DNA of 64,000 nucleotides from a virus: positions 17,717-81,716 of the IMG/VR virus record IMGVR_UViG_3300046690_000279, one strand, 5' to 3'. The notes under the pieces are model-generated. The model had not been told where the DNA came from. It ran no database searches and was given only the letters and a program-made list of their open reading frames with translations. The position numbers and the translations under genes are program-made. This document shows, piece after piece, positions 1 to 9,124 of the stretch. The stretch's first letter is position 1; each line of letters starts with the position of its first letter.

Positions 1-2260
1 CACTACGGCGCCGGTAAACCTGTTCATTTCCTGGCTCAACGCCGATGGCTCCGCCGTGTTCGCCAACGGTGTCTCGGTCACCCTGAACGGCGCCTCTGGC
101 TCCCCTGCCTGGCAGCGCGTCACGGTCACCGCTACGGCCCCCACCACGGGCGCTGTGTATGGCATGCGCATTGGACTCAACGTACCTGGCAGTGGCTTCG
201 GCACGTCCGCCGCTACGGTCTACGTCGATGGGCTACAGGCTGAGTGGGCGAGCACGGCGAGCACATGGGTTTCTCCCGGCACTTGGTACCCGATCTTCAG
301 CGGTTTCACGGAGCGCTGGCCAACCACTTGGGCCGAAGGGGGTACGTACGGCCAGGTGTCCCCTACCGCCGTTGACTCCTTCGCACTGCTCTCGCAGGTG
401 CAACTACGGGAAGTGTTCGCCGAGGAAATCGCCGCGCACTCCCCACGGTTCAACTACACCATGGGCGACGCAACCGGGGTCACCTCATTCGCGGACGCCA
501 CAGGCAACATGCCTTCTGCGCCGTTGGTGAACGCCAAGACAGGTTCAGGCAACTGGACTTCCGGCAACGCCGTAACAGCGGCGAACCTGGCTACCGGCAC
601 ATTTACCGGCAGTACGGGCACGGTCACCACCTCTGCGCCGCTGACTCCGGGGGTCAACGGTGCCCCTAACCCTGCAACCATGCTCGCGCTGAGCGACGCT
701 GGCGTTAAGGGTCCCGCTAGCTCCGCGTGGACGCGAATGATCGCGTTTCGCTACACCGCTGGCAGTAACCCGGCAGATCTTGCCTACGTCTGGAATTCGC
801 AGACCACGGCCACGCCCGATATTCACGCGGGGCAGATCACGGTCTACATCGAGTCGACCGGGCATCTTCGCATCTCCACGCAGGCTGTCGGATTCATTAC
901 CGGCTCAACGCCGTTCAATGACTCGCAGTCTGTGACTGATGGGAACTGGCACCTGGCCGTGTTCGGGATCAGCGGAACGACCATGACCATTTCCCTCGAC
1001 GGTGTCACCACGACGCAGACCATTTCGTCGTCGCAGATTCCGCCGCTGAATTCCATGTTTGACTACGTCGGCGCTAACTACATGCCCGGCACGAAGACAG
1101 CGAACTGCGTTTACAAGGGTGATCTGGCATTCGTCGCTGAGTTCCCGTCGCTGCTGTCGTCGGCTGACATGGGGCAGCTTTACAGCACGTGGCGCACCAG
1201 CGCTTCGGGCGAGTCCAGTGCAGCGCGGTACGCACGTATCCTGCGCTACTCCGGTTACGGGGGTGCCAGCAACATCGGCACAGGCTTGACGACGTCCATG
1301 GGGCCTGCCAGCGACATCGGCGGGGCGGACGTCATGTCAGCGCTGAACAATGTGGTGACTACCGAGAATGGCGAGCACTTCGTAACGGCGGATGGCACGG
1401 TGACATTCCGGGGCCGTGGCTACCGGTACAACGCGCTGACTCCGGTCTGGACGTTCGGCGACGGCACGGGCGAATACCCGTACGAAGATCTCCAGTTGGA
1501 CTTTGACAGCACGCACCTAAGCAACGTGGTAACGGTCACTCAGCAGAGCACCGGAACCAACCTCGTGGCGCAGGACAGCGCGAGCATTGCGAGCTATTAC
1601 ACGCGCACCATGACGCGAACTCTCAACGTCACCAGTGGCCTTGAGTGCCAGGATGCCGCCGACTATTTCGTGAGCCGGTACAAGGACCCGCTTACGCGAG
1701 TGCAGAGCATCAAACTGCACCCGTCGGCTGCGCCTGCGCTGTGGCCCCTTCTGCTGGGCCTAGAGCTGGGCACCCGCGTGCGTATCAACCGGCGCCCGCC
1801 CGGGGCCCCCCTGGTGTCCGTCGACTGCTTTGTTGAGCAAATCCAGTGGGACATGGACAGCTCTAACGAAGCCTTTGTGACGTTGCAGTGCAGTCCGGTC
1901 GACCCGCACGTCTACGGGCAGTTCGGCGCGTTCTATACGACGCTGAACAACTCGCCTTCGGCCGGTGCCACCTCGATCACGCTGAACGCTGGCGCGGACA
2001 ACATCAACCCGCTGGCCGCGCAGTTGCCCGCTGGCACTCAGCTAGTGGTGGGGCTCGGCACGGCCAATCAGGAAACGGTGACTCTGACGGCCGTCGGCGT
2101 GACCACTTCAGGGTGGACGACGTCCGCTTGTGGTGTGAGCGCGCTAACTAAGTCGCATGCCGCAGGCGAAACCGTGTGTGAGGTGCTGCCCGCTGGCGTC
2201 AGCGATCCCGTGGCATTCGATGCGCCGCAGAAATTCGACCAGGTTGTTTTCGCCTATTAG
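1..2260 (+). CDS. Minor tail/baseplate-fibre protein with carbohydrate-binding and LamG-like domains (5' truncated)
   Basis: Homolog of 39588-42410; DGNWHLAV LamG-like motif; follows the tape measure gene in unit B. Confidence 0.8.
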   Translation, partial: TTAPVNLFISWLNADGSAVFANGVSVTLNGASGSPAWQRVTVTATAPTTGAVYGMRIGLNVPGSGFGTSAATVYVDGLQAEWASTASTWVSPGTWYPIFSGFTERWPTTWAEGGTYGQVSPTAVDSFALLSQVQLREVFAEEIAAHSPRFNYTMGDATGVTSFADATGNMPSAPLVNAKTGSGNWTSGNAVTAANLATGTFTGSTGTVTTSAPLTPGVNGAPNPATMLALSDAGVKGPASSAWTRMIAFRYTAGSNPADLAYVWNSQTTATPDIHAGQITVYIESTGHLRISTQAVGFITGSTPFNDSQSVTDGNWHLAVFGISGTTMTISLDGVTTTQTISSSQIPPLNSMFDYVGANYMPGTKTANCVYKGDLAFVAEFPSLLSSADMGQLYSTWRTSASGESSAARYARILRYSGYGGASNIGTGLTTSMGPASDIGGADVMSALNNVVTTENGEHFVTADGTVTFRGRGYRYNALTPVWTFGDGTGEYPYEDLQLDFDSTHLSNVVTVTQQSTGTNLVAQDSASIASYYTRTMTRTLNVTSGLECQDAADYFVSRYKDPLTRVQSIKLHPSAAPALWPLLLGLELGTRVRINRRPPGAPLVSVDCFVEQIQWDMDSSNEAFVTLQCSPVDPHVYGQFGAFYTTLNNSPSAGATSITLNAGADNINPLAAQLPAGTQLVVGLGTANQETVTLTAVGVTTSGWTTSACGVSALTKSHAAGETVCEVLPAGVSDPVAFDAPQKFDQVVFAY

Positions 2261-2275
2261 GAAAGGTGACCCCGT

Positions 2276-2797
2276 ATGGGCACTGTCCCCACCCCTGCCA
2301 CGGTCGCAACGGGCAACTTTCTGACGTCCGCGCTGTGGAATGCGCAGGTGCGCGACCCGAATAACTTCCTTTTCGGCGTCCCGGTATTCCGTGGATTCCA
2401 GAACGCAGCGCAGTCATTCGCGTCTAGTTCGTCGTACGCCCCTATTTTGCTGGACTCTGAGAGTTTCGACCCTGAGGGTGGGCACAGCACCACCACTAAC
2501 ACGAGCCGGTTTACCGTGCAGACAGCGGGCTATTACTACGTGTCTGTTTTCGCTTCCTTCCTGGGGAGCGCCACTGGTGGCCGAGCAATTGCCGTGTCAG
2601 TCAACGGCACTGCGACTGTTCAGTCACAGCAGGCGCCACCGCCATCTAACTCATGGTCCGGGGGTACCAATTGGCTCGGGTACCTCAACGTCGGTGACTA
2701 CGTGGAAGCCACGGCGTGGCAAAACAGCGGCGCCAGCCTGTCTATGACCACAGGGGCGTTCTCCGCTTCACTCTCCCTCTTCTGGGTCGCTAGGTAA
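2276..2797 (+). CDS. Minor tail protein, C1q/TNF-like receptor-binding domain
   Basis: RBS GGAAAGG; beta-rich; SRFTVQTAGYYYV resembles the C1q-like motif. Confidence 0.65.
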   Translation: MGTVPTPATVATGNFLTSALWNAQVRDPNNFLFGVPVFRGFQNAAQSFASSSSYAPILLDSESFDPEGGHSTTTNTSRFTVQTAGYYYVSVFASFLGSATGGRAIAVSVNGTATVQSQQAPPPSNSWSGGTNWLGYLNVGDYVEATAWQNSGASLSMTTGAFSASLSLFWVAR

Positions 2798-2805
2798 GGA
2801 ATCAC

Positions 2806-3054
2806 ATGCAGACATTCCAAGGTACTGACTACAACATCACGGTCACGGACACCTCGGGTAACCAACTAGCGTTTCTTGACCTGTCAAGCACGGGTGGCAT
2901 GACCGACACGGCCGCGCTTGCGCTGGTCGATACGCTTCGCAATTTCGCTTGGCCGTCCGCAATGGCCCCCGTAACTGTCTACGCGACCAAGTCAGAAAGC
3001 AACGTCACAACTACGCAGTGCAGCGCCAGCACCACTCCCCCGACCTTCAGCTAA
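2806..3054 (+). CDS. Small tail-associated protein
   Basis: RBS AAGGA; divergent homolog at 42980. Confidence 0.7.
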   Translation: MQTFQGTDYNITVTDTSGNQLAFLDLSSTGGMTDTAALALVDTLRNFAWPSAMAPVTVYATKSESNVTTTQCSASTTPPTFS

Positions 3055-3064
3055 GGAGCAACAC

Positions 3065-3751
3065 ATGGCAGTTCTAGGCGTAGATGTTTCCGGATATCAG
3101 GCGGTCGACTTCCCTACCAAGGGTCTGGCGTTTGCCTTCGTCAAGGCCACTGAGGGTACAGGTTACGTGAACCCTCGTTACAGCGGGCAGGTTGCGCATG
3201 CGCGTTCCGCTGGCCTGGTGGTCGGTCACTATCATTTCGGCAAGAATGGCGGTGCCGCTGAGGCCGATTACTTCCTGAGCAAGGTGCAGCTACACACGGG
3301 CGATATTCTCGCGTTCGATTGGGAGACCAGCGGCGTAAGCCAGGCCGAGCGTGATGCCTTTGTGGCGCGCGTGAAGGCTAAGGCGCCCCATCACAAGGTC
3401 GTGCTGTACTGCAACACGGATTACTGGCACAACCGCGATGCCGACAACGGCGGGCCGATGGACGGGCTATGGATCGCCGACCCCAACCACCCCGCTGGCA
3501 AGCCCGGCATCAAGGCGCCGTGGCGCTTCCACCAGTATTCGTGGGCGGGTGGTATCGACCGCAACGTGGCGAACTTCAAGGACGCTGCTGCGCTTCGCGC
3601 TTGGGCCAATCCTCCTGCGGCTAAGCCTCCGGTCGTCACGAAGCCTGCGCCCGTTCCGGCGAAGCCTGCACCCGCCCCTGCGCCGACGCTGGAATACCGC
3701 GTATCCGCTCTTGAGGCCACCGTGAAGGCCATTCAGGCGAAGCTCAAGTAA
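3065..3751 (+). CDS. Endolysin, GH25 muramidase
   Basis: GVDVSGYQ, VKATEG, DWE and HQYS motifs; Pro/Ala-rich linker. Confidence 0.9.
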   Translation: MAVLGVDVSGYQAVDFPTKGLAFAFVKATEGTGYVNPRYSGQVAHARSAGLVVGHYHFGKNGGAAEADYFLSKVQLHTGDILAFDWETSGVSQAERDAFVARVKAKAPHHKVVLYCNTDYWHNRDADNGGPMDGLWIADPNHPAGKPGIKAPWRFHQYSWAGGIDRNVANFKDAAALRAWANPPAAKPPVVTKPAPVPAKPAPAPAPTLEYRVSALEATVKAIQAKLK

Positions 3752-3758
3752 CCAGGCT

Positions 3759-3774
3759 GGTATCCGACCCGCTA
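3759..3774 (+). promoter_or_regulatory. A-type phage-specific motif (variant GGTATCCGACCCGCTA)
   Basis: One of 7 copies in unit A. Confidence 0.6.
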
Positions 3775-3825
3775 GCTTCCCAGGGAAGAGGGCGGGTCGG
3801 GCACCCGATCGGCAAGGGCATTCCC

Positions 3826-4134
3826 ATGATTGATGGAGCAAGTATTGCCCCTGGTATGGCGTGGGTCATTGGAGCCATCGGCGCAAGCCTGGTGACCACT
3901 GGCCCCGCTTACTTGGCTGCACGTAAGTCCCGTGGCGCTGCACGTGAAGAAGGAGCGCTCACACGCGATGCAGTCGTGGGCGCTATCGGCGAGCTAAACG
4001 GGCGCCTCGATGGCCTCAGGGATGACCTGTCAGAAGTACGCGAGTGGCAGGCAGCACACACGACCGAGCACGCCATTTCGGCATTTCAGCGAACGGACCC
4101 ACATCCGCGCCTAGAGCGCAGAAACACGGAGTGA
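3826..4134 (+). CDS. Lysis-cassette membrane protein (1 TM plus coiled coil)
   Basis: Hydrophobic N-terminus; nearly identical at 43995. Confidence 0.75.
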   Translation: MIDGASIAPGMAWVIGAIGASLVTTGPAYLAARKSRGAAREEGALTRDAVVGAIGELNGRLDGLRDDLSEVREWQAAHTTEHAISAFQRTDPHPRLERRNTE

Positions 4135-4139
4135 AACGA

Positions 4140-4493
4140 ATGGCCATTTCCGGCAAGGTAACTGCGTCCACCGTTGCGGCGGCAGGGACCACGATTGTTG
4201 CGGGCATCATCGCGCCGCATGTGTTCAGTCACAGCGTGCCCAGTGACGTGCGGGGGCTCATCGAGGGTGGCGTGACCGCCGTTCTTACCTTCGTGTCTGG
4301 CTACCTCGCGAAGCACGGCATTTCTTACGAGCGGCTCGCCGCTGACACTGCCGCTGTGGCCGAGGATCTTGGGGTCCCGTACATGGCCCTGCCTGACGTC
4401 ACTGCGGAGGCTTCGCCGGACGTCGTCGCCGCTGGTGCTGGCTCGGTCGCTGTCGGCGCAGTTGTGACCCGTGAGGCTCAGCCGCTGGCGTAG
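4140..4493 (+). CDS. Putative holin (alternative start GTG 4131)
   Basis: Two hydrophobic segments; lies in the lysis cassette. Confidence 0.65.
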   Translation: MAISGKVTASTVAAAGTTIVAGIIAPHVFSHSVPSDVRGLIEGGVTAVLTFVSGYLAKHGISYERLAADTAAVAEDLGVPYMALPDVTAEASPDVVAAGAGSVAVGAVVTREAQPLA

Positions 4494-4497
4494 CGCC

Positions 4498-4513
4498 GGT
4501 AACCGACTCGCTA
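4498..4513 (+). promoter_or_regulatory. A-type motif GGTAACCGACTCGCTA
   Basis: Exact consensus, upstream of the dNMP kinase. Confidence 0.7.
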
Positions 4514-4551
4514 ACCCTCTCCTAGGTAGCCCCTAGGAGAGGGATTTTTTC

Positions 4552-5112
4552 GTGTACAACATCGCTCTTATCGGTAAGGCCCGTTCCGGCAAGGACACTG
4601 CCGCCGCTTTCCTGGTTCGCGAGCGCGCTTATACCCGCGTGGCGTTCGCCGATCCGCTGAAGGAAATGGCGCTGAGCATTGACCCGTGGATACCCACCCA
4701 CCCTTATGGGGATCGGCGCATCCATGTGCGCCTGTCTGCGCTCGTCCGTGACGCTGGCTGGGAATACGCAAAGGACCACTACCCGGAGGTGCGCCACACA
4801 CTTCAGCGCATCGGGCAGACACAGCGCGAATTCGACGCCGATTACTGGGTGAACGTCGCAGCGCGGAAGATTGCGGGTGCAGAGCGCTGGAACCTGCCCG
4901 TAGTGGTCACAGATGTGCGCTACCGGAACGAGGCGGACATGTTGCGCGCCCGTGGTTTCCGCATGGTGCGGATCATCCGCCCGTTCGCTGAGATGCGACA
5001 GGGGGCGTCAGCCCAGCACGCCAGCGAGACGGAGCTTGACGACTACCCGGCGGACGTCCTGATCCGCAACGATGGCGACCTGGCGCAGCTTCAACGCGCG
5101 ATTCTCTTCTAG
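4552..5112 (+). CDS. Deoxynucleoside monophosphate kinase
   Basis: GKARSGKDT P-loop, AFADPLK, TDVRY and HASE motifs. Confidence 0.9.
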   Translation: MYNIALIGKARSGKDTAAAFLVRERAYTRVAFADPLKEMALSIDPWIPTHPYGDRRIHVRLSALVRDAGWEYAKDHYPEVRHTLQRIGQTQREFDADYWVNVAARKIAGAERWNLPVVVTDVRYRNEADMLRARGFRMVRIIRPFAEMRQGASAQHASETELDDYPADVLIRNDGDLAQLQRAILF

Positions 5113-5117
5113 ACCTG

Positions 5118-5159
5118 AGCCCCTGGCTTGCGCTTCCCGCGCAGGTCGGGGGCTTTTCT
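5118..5159 (+). terminator. Intrinsic terminator
   Basis: GC stem-loop followed by TTTT; identical at 45279. Confidence 0.75.
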
Positions 5160-5170
5160 GCGTTCAGGGC

Positions 5171-5223
5171 ACATACGGATATCCGTATGTGGTTTGACAG
5201 CGCTAGACGCGCGCCGCTAGTCT
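5171..5223 (+). promoter_or_regulatory. Operator palindrome plus housekeeping-type promoter of the repressor gene
   Basis: ACATACGGATATCCGTATGT, then TTGACA-N18-TAGTCT. Confidence 0.8.
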
Positions 5224-5261
5224 CTGCGATGTAAGTTCAAAACAACGAAGGGGCGGGGACA

Positions 5262-6509
5262 GTGAACGTGGTCAGCGTGAACGGCGGCAAGGTCCACTCG
5301 ATGATGTCGGGCATGGATGAGCACCCGTACCCGCTGTGCCGTGGCGGTGGCCAGAACCAAATGGTGACCAAGTTCCGCGCTGTCGACGCCCCACTGTCCT
5401 GCAAGACCTGTCTGACCTATGAAGCGCGGCGCAATGCTGCTGCCGCCAAGGCTGAGGGAGAGACCACCATGACGGACCGTAACGACGTGAACACGGACCA
5501 GGGCAAGGCCGTAATCGAGCAGGTCGACGCCAACATCGAGCGCGCTGCCTCGCTGATTGCCGACGGAAGCGACACGACGGAAGCGGTTGCTGAGCTGGAC
5601 ACGGAGACAGAGGCGCTGATTTCCTCGCTCAGCGGCAAGGGCTCCATCGCGATCAAGACTGCGAAGCGCGCCGCGTGGACTGCTGCTGTCACCACTCCCC
5701 CGGAGCCTGCACCGAAGGCAGAGATCGTCAAGTCTGAGGTGGTGGAAGGGGTCGTAGCCCCCAAGACGTGGGACCAGTACGAGGGCGTGCAGGAACTTGT
5801 CACCATGGGCGCCGAAAAGGTCGCCGACGGAGTCAAGGCCCATCTCAAGACGTCCACGCTGGCGAAGGAGGTTGCGGCGATCGGTCTGGACATGTGGCTC
5901 CGCATGCCGAACAAGGCTGGCCAGCCCGATTTGCTGGGCGACACGGACCCCGCGAAGAAAGCGTCTGGTGCGTTGCTGCGCGAGGCTGGCGAGCACTTCG
6001 ATGACAACTACGACACGAAGACGGCGCTTAAGAAGCTGATGCGCAGCGTGCAGGACCAGCGCAGCGACGTTCGGGCCGAATGGCTGCGCTCGCTGGATGA
6101 GGACACCCCGATTGCCCTTGAGCGCCGAGCAATCATGGCAAAGGTGCTGGAGGGCAAGCCCGACGACGAGCCTGCCTCTGAGTGGGTCGCCAACGTCTAC
6201 GGCACTAGCACGATCGGCCAGACCGAGCGCAAGAGGCTGGAGTACGAGGCCAAGAAGGCACTTTCGGCTAGCGAGAGCACCGGCGCGGGAAGCGACAGTG
6301 ACAGCGAAGGAGAGGGCGACGGCGACGGCGCAGAGCAGAGCACCCCGGACGAGCGTGTGAAGCTGGTGGCAAAGAAGATCTATACCGACATCAGCAACGC
6401 GAGCGTCGACGACTTCGAGAACGCCAGCGAGGAGACCAAGGAAGCCATCAGGACTGAGCTGGAAAACGCGCTTGAAGGCCTGCGCGCCATGATCAAGGCC
6501 ACTATCTGA
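5262..6509 (+). CDS. Putative immunity repressor (phiC31 c-like); internal start at 5469
   Basis: Lies between lysis and early genes; has its own operator, promoter and terminator; internal RBS before MTDRND. No HTH was recognised, so the call rests on context. Confidence 0.55.
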   Translation: MNVVSVNGGKVHSMMSGMDEHPYPLCRGGGQNQMVTKFRAVDAPLSCKTCLTYEARRNAAAAKAEGETTMTDRNDVNTDQGKAVIEQVDANIERAASLIADGSDTTEAVAELDTETEALISSLSGKGSIAIKTAKRAAWTAAVTTPPEPAPKAEIVKSEVVEGVVAPKTWDQYEGVQELVTMGAEKVADGVKAHLKTSTLAKEVAAIGLDMWLRMPNKAGQPDLLGDTDPAKKASGALLREAGEHFDDNYDTKTALKKLMRSVQDQRSDVRAEWLRSLDEDTPIALERRAIMAKVLEGKPDDEPASEWVANVYGTSTIGQTERKRLEYEAKKALSASESTGAGSDSDSEGEGDGDGAEQSTPDERVKLVAKKIYTDISNASVDDFENASEETKEAIRTELENALEGLRAMIKATI

Positions 6510-6569
6510 CGCACCGTCACACGGGGCCCTGGGAACGATCCTGGGGCCCCTTCCCACTCGGAGGGGACC

Positions 6570-6908
6570 ATGGACGAATACACACAGGCACGCAACGCGC
6601 TGAACGATGCCTCTGAGTCGCTCAACGCACTGATCTACGGCCCGGGGTTCAACTACCTCACGGAAGAGCAGCAGACGGCCGTACAGGGCGCCTTTGATGC
6701 CCTGGCAGATAACGGCGCCACCGCCGAGCCGCAGGCTGCGCCCGTGGAGTTCACGGAGGTGCGCCCCGAGGTCTGGAAGACAGCTACGCCAGCGGACGGC
6801 GAACGGCTCGACTCGCTGATTGATGACGCGCTGGGCAAGTTCGGTACGTCGCTGGAAGAACTGCGCACCACGGCCGCTGAGCACGAGGACGGCCCACAGC
6901 GCCCCTAG
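6570..6908 (+). CDS. Hypothetical protein
   Basis: RBS GGAGG; homolog at 46925. Confidence 0.75.
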   Translation: MDEYTQARNALNDASESLNALIYGPGFNYLTEEQQTAVQGAFDALADNGATAEPQAAPVEFTEVRPEVWKTATPADGERLDSLIDDALGKFGTSLEELRTTAAEHEDGPQRP

Positions 6909-7059
6909 CTGCCCGCGTAGCGCCCTTACAGCCCTGGTAGGCCTCCCTGGTCCGCCAGGGCTTTTTCATGCCAGCAGACGGCCGTACAGGGCTTCGGGCC
7001 GCAGGCGTGACGGACAGCGCGAAGGCAAACAGCGCAAGAACCTCTCTGACCTGCAAGAA

Positions 7060-7151
7060 GTGATGAAGTGACGATTTAGACCACACTCCAGTAATCCCTA
7101 AGGAGTTCTATAGGGATTCTGAGACTGCCCTCCAAATCGTCACTCCGTCAC
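7060..7151. repeat. Nested inverted-repeat element (origin-like), A allele
   Basis: GTGATGAAGTGACGATTT...AAATCGTCACTCCGTCAC with inner AATCCCTA/TAGGGATT. Confidence 0.7.
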
Positions 7152-7152
7152 T

Positions 7153-7168
7153 GGTAACCGACCCGCTA
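7153..7168 (+). promoter_or_regulatory. A-type motif
   Basis: GGTAACCGACCCGCTA before the first early gene. Confidence 0.7.
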
Positions 7169-7207
7169 GCCCCTCTTCGACAGAGAAATCAACTGAAGGG
7201 GGCCACA

Positions 7208-8050
7208 GTGGCCATCCGCACTGTCCACAAGACTGGCGGGCGTTTCTACTTCAACGAGGATTTCCCGGATATCAAGTACCCGGGCGTTACCTCCGTTGTC
7301 GGCATGGTGCCCAAACCCTTTCTCGCGTACTGGCAGGCGAAGGAAGCGGCCGAACTGGCTGTCGACTCCATCGACTTCATTAAGGACATGGCCGCGCGGG
7401 ATCGGCAGGGCGCTGTCGACTACGTCAAGGGTGCCGCGAACCGCTACACGAAGCGACGCAGTCAGGTTGGCAGCGACGCGCACGATCTGTTCGAGCGGAT
7501 GATCAGGGGCCAGCGCGTAGGCCGTGTCCACCCCGACATGGTCCCGTACCAGCGCAACTTTGCTGAGTTCCTCGACGGCGTGCAGCCTGAGCTAGTCCGC
7601 GCCGAAGATGTCGCCTGGTCCGACGAGCACCAGTACGCGGGCAGCTTCGACGGCATTCTGCGCCTGCGCCTCGACGAGCACGGCAAGCCTGCGAAGCATG
7701 GCGAGCCCTCCCTTGTGATGGCCGACTGGAAGACAAGCAAGGCCACCTACCCGGACGTGGCGCTTCAGATGAGCGCTTACGCACACGCTGAGCACATCAT
7801 CAGCCCGGACGGAACCCGCACGGACATGCCCGACTTTGATGGGGCTGTGGTCCTGCACATCACCCCGGATCAGGCGGCGTTCAAGCCCGTGCGCATCGCC
7901 GATGAGAACGGCCAGCCTGATGTGTTCGCACACTTCCTGAGCCTTCGGCACACGTTCGAGTGGGTCAACAAGGTGTCCAAGACCGTACTCGGGGACCCGA
8001 TTTGGTCGACCGATGGCGCCCTGGTTACCGGCACTCAGCGAAGGGCGTAG
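7208..8050 (+). CDS. PD-(D/E)XK (Cas4/RecE-like) exonuclease
   Basis: YAGSFDG...ADWKT...LQMSAY motifs. Confidence 0.75.
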   Translation: MAIRTVHKTGGRFYFNEDFPDIKYPGVTSVVGMVPKPFLAYWQAKEAAELAVDSIDFIKDMAARDRQGAVDYVKGAANRYTKRRSQVGSDAHDLFERMIRGQRVGRVHPDMVPYQRNFAEFLDGVQPELVRAEDVAWSDEHQYAGSFDGILRLRLDEHGKPAKHGEPSLVMADWKTSKATYPDVALQMSAYAHAEHIISPDGTRTDMPDFDGAVVLHITPDQAAFKPVRIADENGQPDVFAHFLSLRHTFEWVNKVSKTVLGDPIWSTDGALVTGTQRRA

Positions 8051-8053
8051 CCC

Positions 8054-8134
8054 GTGGCACACAAGCACACCGGCCAGTGCTGCGGGCATGGGTACTGCGC
8101 GTGCGGGAAGTCCTGCAAGGTGGCGAAGCCGTGA
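8054..8134 (+). CDS. 26-aa Cys/His-rich peptide
   Basis: MAHKHTGQCCGHGYCACGKSCKVAKP; its stop overlaps the next GTG. Confidence 0.45.
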   Translation: MAHKHTGQCCGHGYCACGKSCKVAKP

Positions 8135-8235
8135 CGCTCATGAATGTGCTGTCTAGCCCCTGGTTTTGGGCCTTCGCGCCCCTGTGGCTGATTGCCGTTG
8201 TCCTGTTCGCTGCCTGGCTCGACGGCGACTGGTAA
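8131..8235 (+). CDS. Small membrane peptide
   Basis: Single TM; conserved at 48711. Confidence 0.65.
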   Translation: MTLMNVLSSPWFWAFAPLWLIAVVLFAAWLDGDW

Positions 8236-8246
8236 CCGACCCGCTA
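8231..8246 (+). promoter_or_regulatory. A-type motif
   Basis: Overlaps a stop codon, upstream of the RDF. Confidence 0.7.
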
Positions 8247-8388
8247 GGACCACTTCGAAGGGGGACGGGCGGCAGGCTACGCCGAACTAGCGACCCTGCA
8301 TGGGTTGCACGTAAGCGATGCGCCCCGCCCGTTCCCGTTCCACATTCACAGCCTGCGCGCGAGCGCTTCACAGATACGGCGGTAACCC

Positions 8389-9117
8389 ATGGCCCTGCGC
8401 ATTTTCGACACCGACCCTGACGCAAAGCCGAAGCCTCGCACGGCGAAGGTTGAGTACGAGCGGCCCGTGTTTCAGTTCCGATCCGGCATGCAGGTGCGCA
8501 ACCCTGACACGCGCCGCATGGAGCCTGTCAGCCTCTCCAACTGGCGTGTCCTGACGGACGATCCGACTGTGGCCGAGAGCATCGCCGAACTTCTGGGCGG
8601 CAGCGCTGAGGAGCACGACCCGACGAAGGCGATGCACCTTCAGGTACTCACTGAGACTCCCTCGGTTGAGATCGTCATTGCGGGCTCGCGCGCCATTGAG
8701 GACAAGCTCATCCTGTGGGGCATCGGCGGACCCGCCCACGAGTGCGACGGCGAGTATTCGCTACTGCCCGACGACAAGGGCGAGCCGTGTGGTTGCCCGC
8801 GCACCATGGCCGAGCGCAAGGACCTGGCGAAGCGCCGTCCGCCCAAGGGTCCGTCCCCGTCCATCAACGTGACTTTCCGGCTCGCTGGGCTGGGCTACGA
8901 GCTGGGCGCTGGACGCCTGATAGCTACCGCCTGGTCGCTGGCCGAGGTCATCCACGAAGTGAAGGATGCGCTAGACCAGGTCGACGGAGAAGCCCTTTGC
9001 CGACTGGAGCTTGAGCACGTCCAGTACACCAACAAGGCGGGCATTGACGTCAGCTATCGCAAGCCGGTTATCACGGTGCTCGGGTCCTACAACGACGCCA
9101 TCGGCGAAGAGCGGTAG
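8389..9117 (+). CDS. Recombination directionality factor, phiC31 gp3-like
   Basis: 242 aa; HECDG, PCGCP and C-terminal ITVLGSYNDAI resemble phiC31 gp3 as recalled. Confidence 0.8.
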   Translation: MALRIFDTDPDAKPKPRTAKVEYERPVFQFRSGMQVRNPDTRRMEPVSLSNWRVLTDDPTVAESIAELLGGSAEEHDPTKAMHLQVLTETPSVEIVIAGSRAIEDKLILWGIGGPAHECDGEYSLLPDDKGEPCGCPRTMAERKDLAKRRPPKGPSPSINVTFRLAGLGYELGAGRLIATAWSLAEVIHEVKDALDQVDGEALCRLELEHVQYTNKAGIDVSYRKPVITVLGSYNDAIGEER

Positions 9118-9124
9118 GCAAGCC

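Noticed and set aside
2276-2797. Diversity-generating retroelement explaining tail variation
   Set aside because: No reverse transcriptase and no template/variable repeat pair; differences are not adenine-specific
5217-6884. Long minus-strand ORFs (also 15720-17018, 46496-47566, 52272-53129)
   Set aside because: Antisense shadows of well-supported + strand genes in GC-rich DNA
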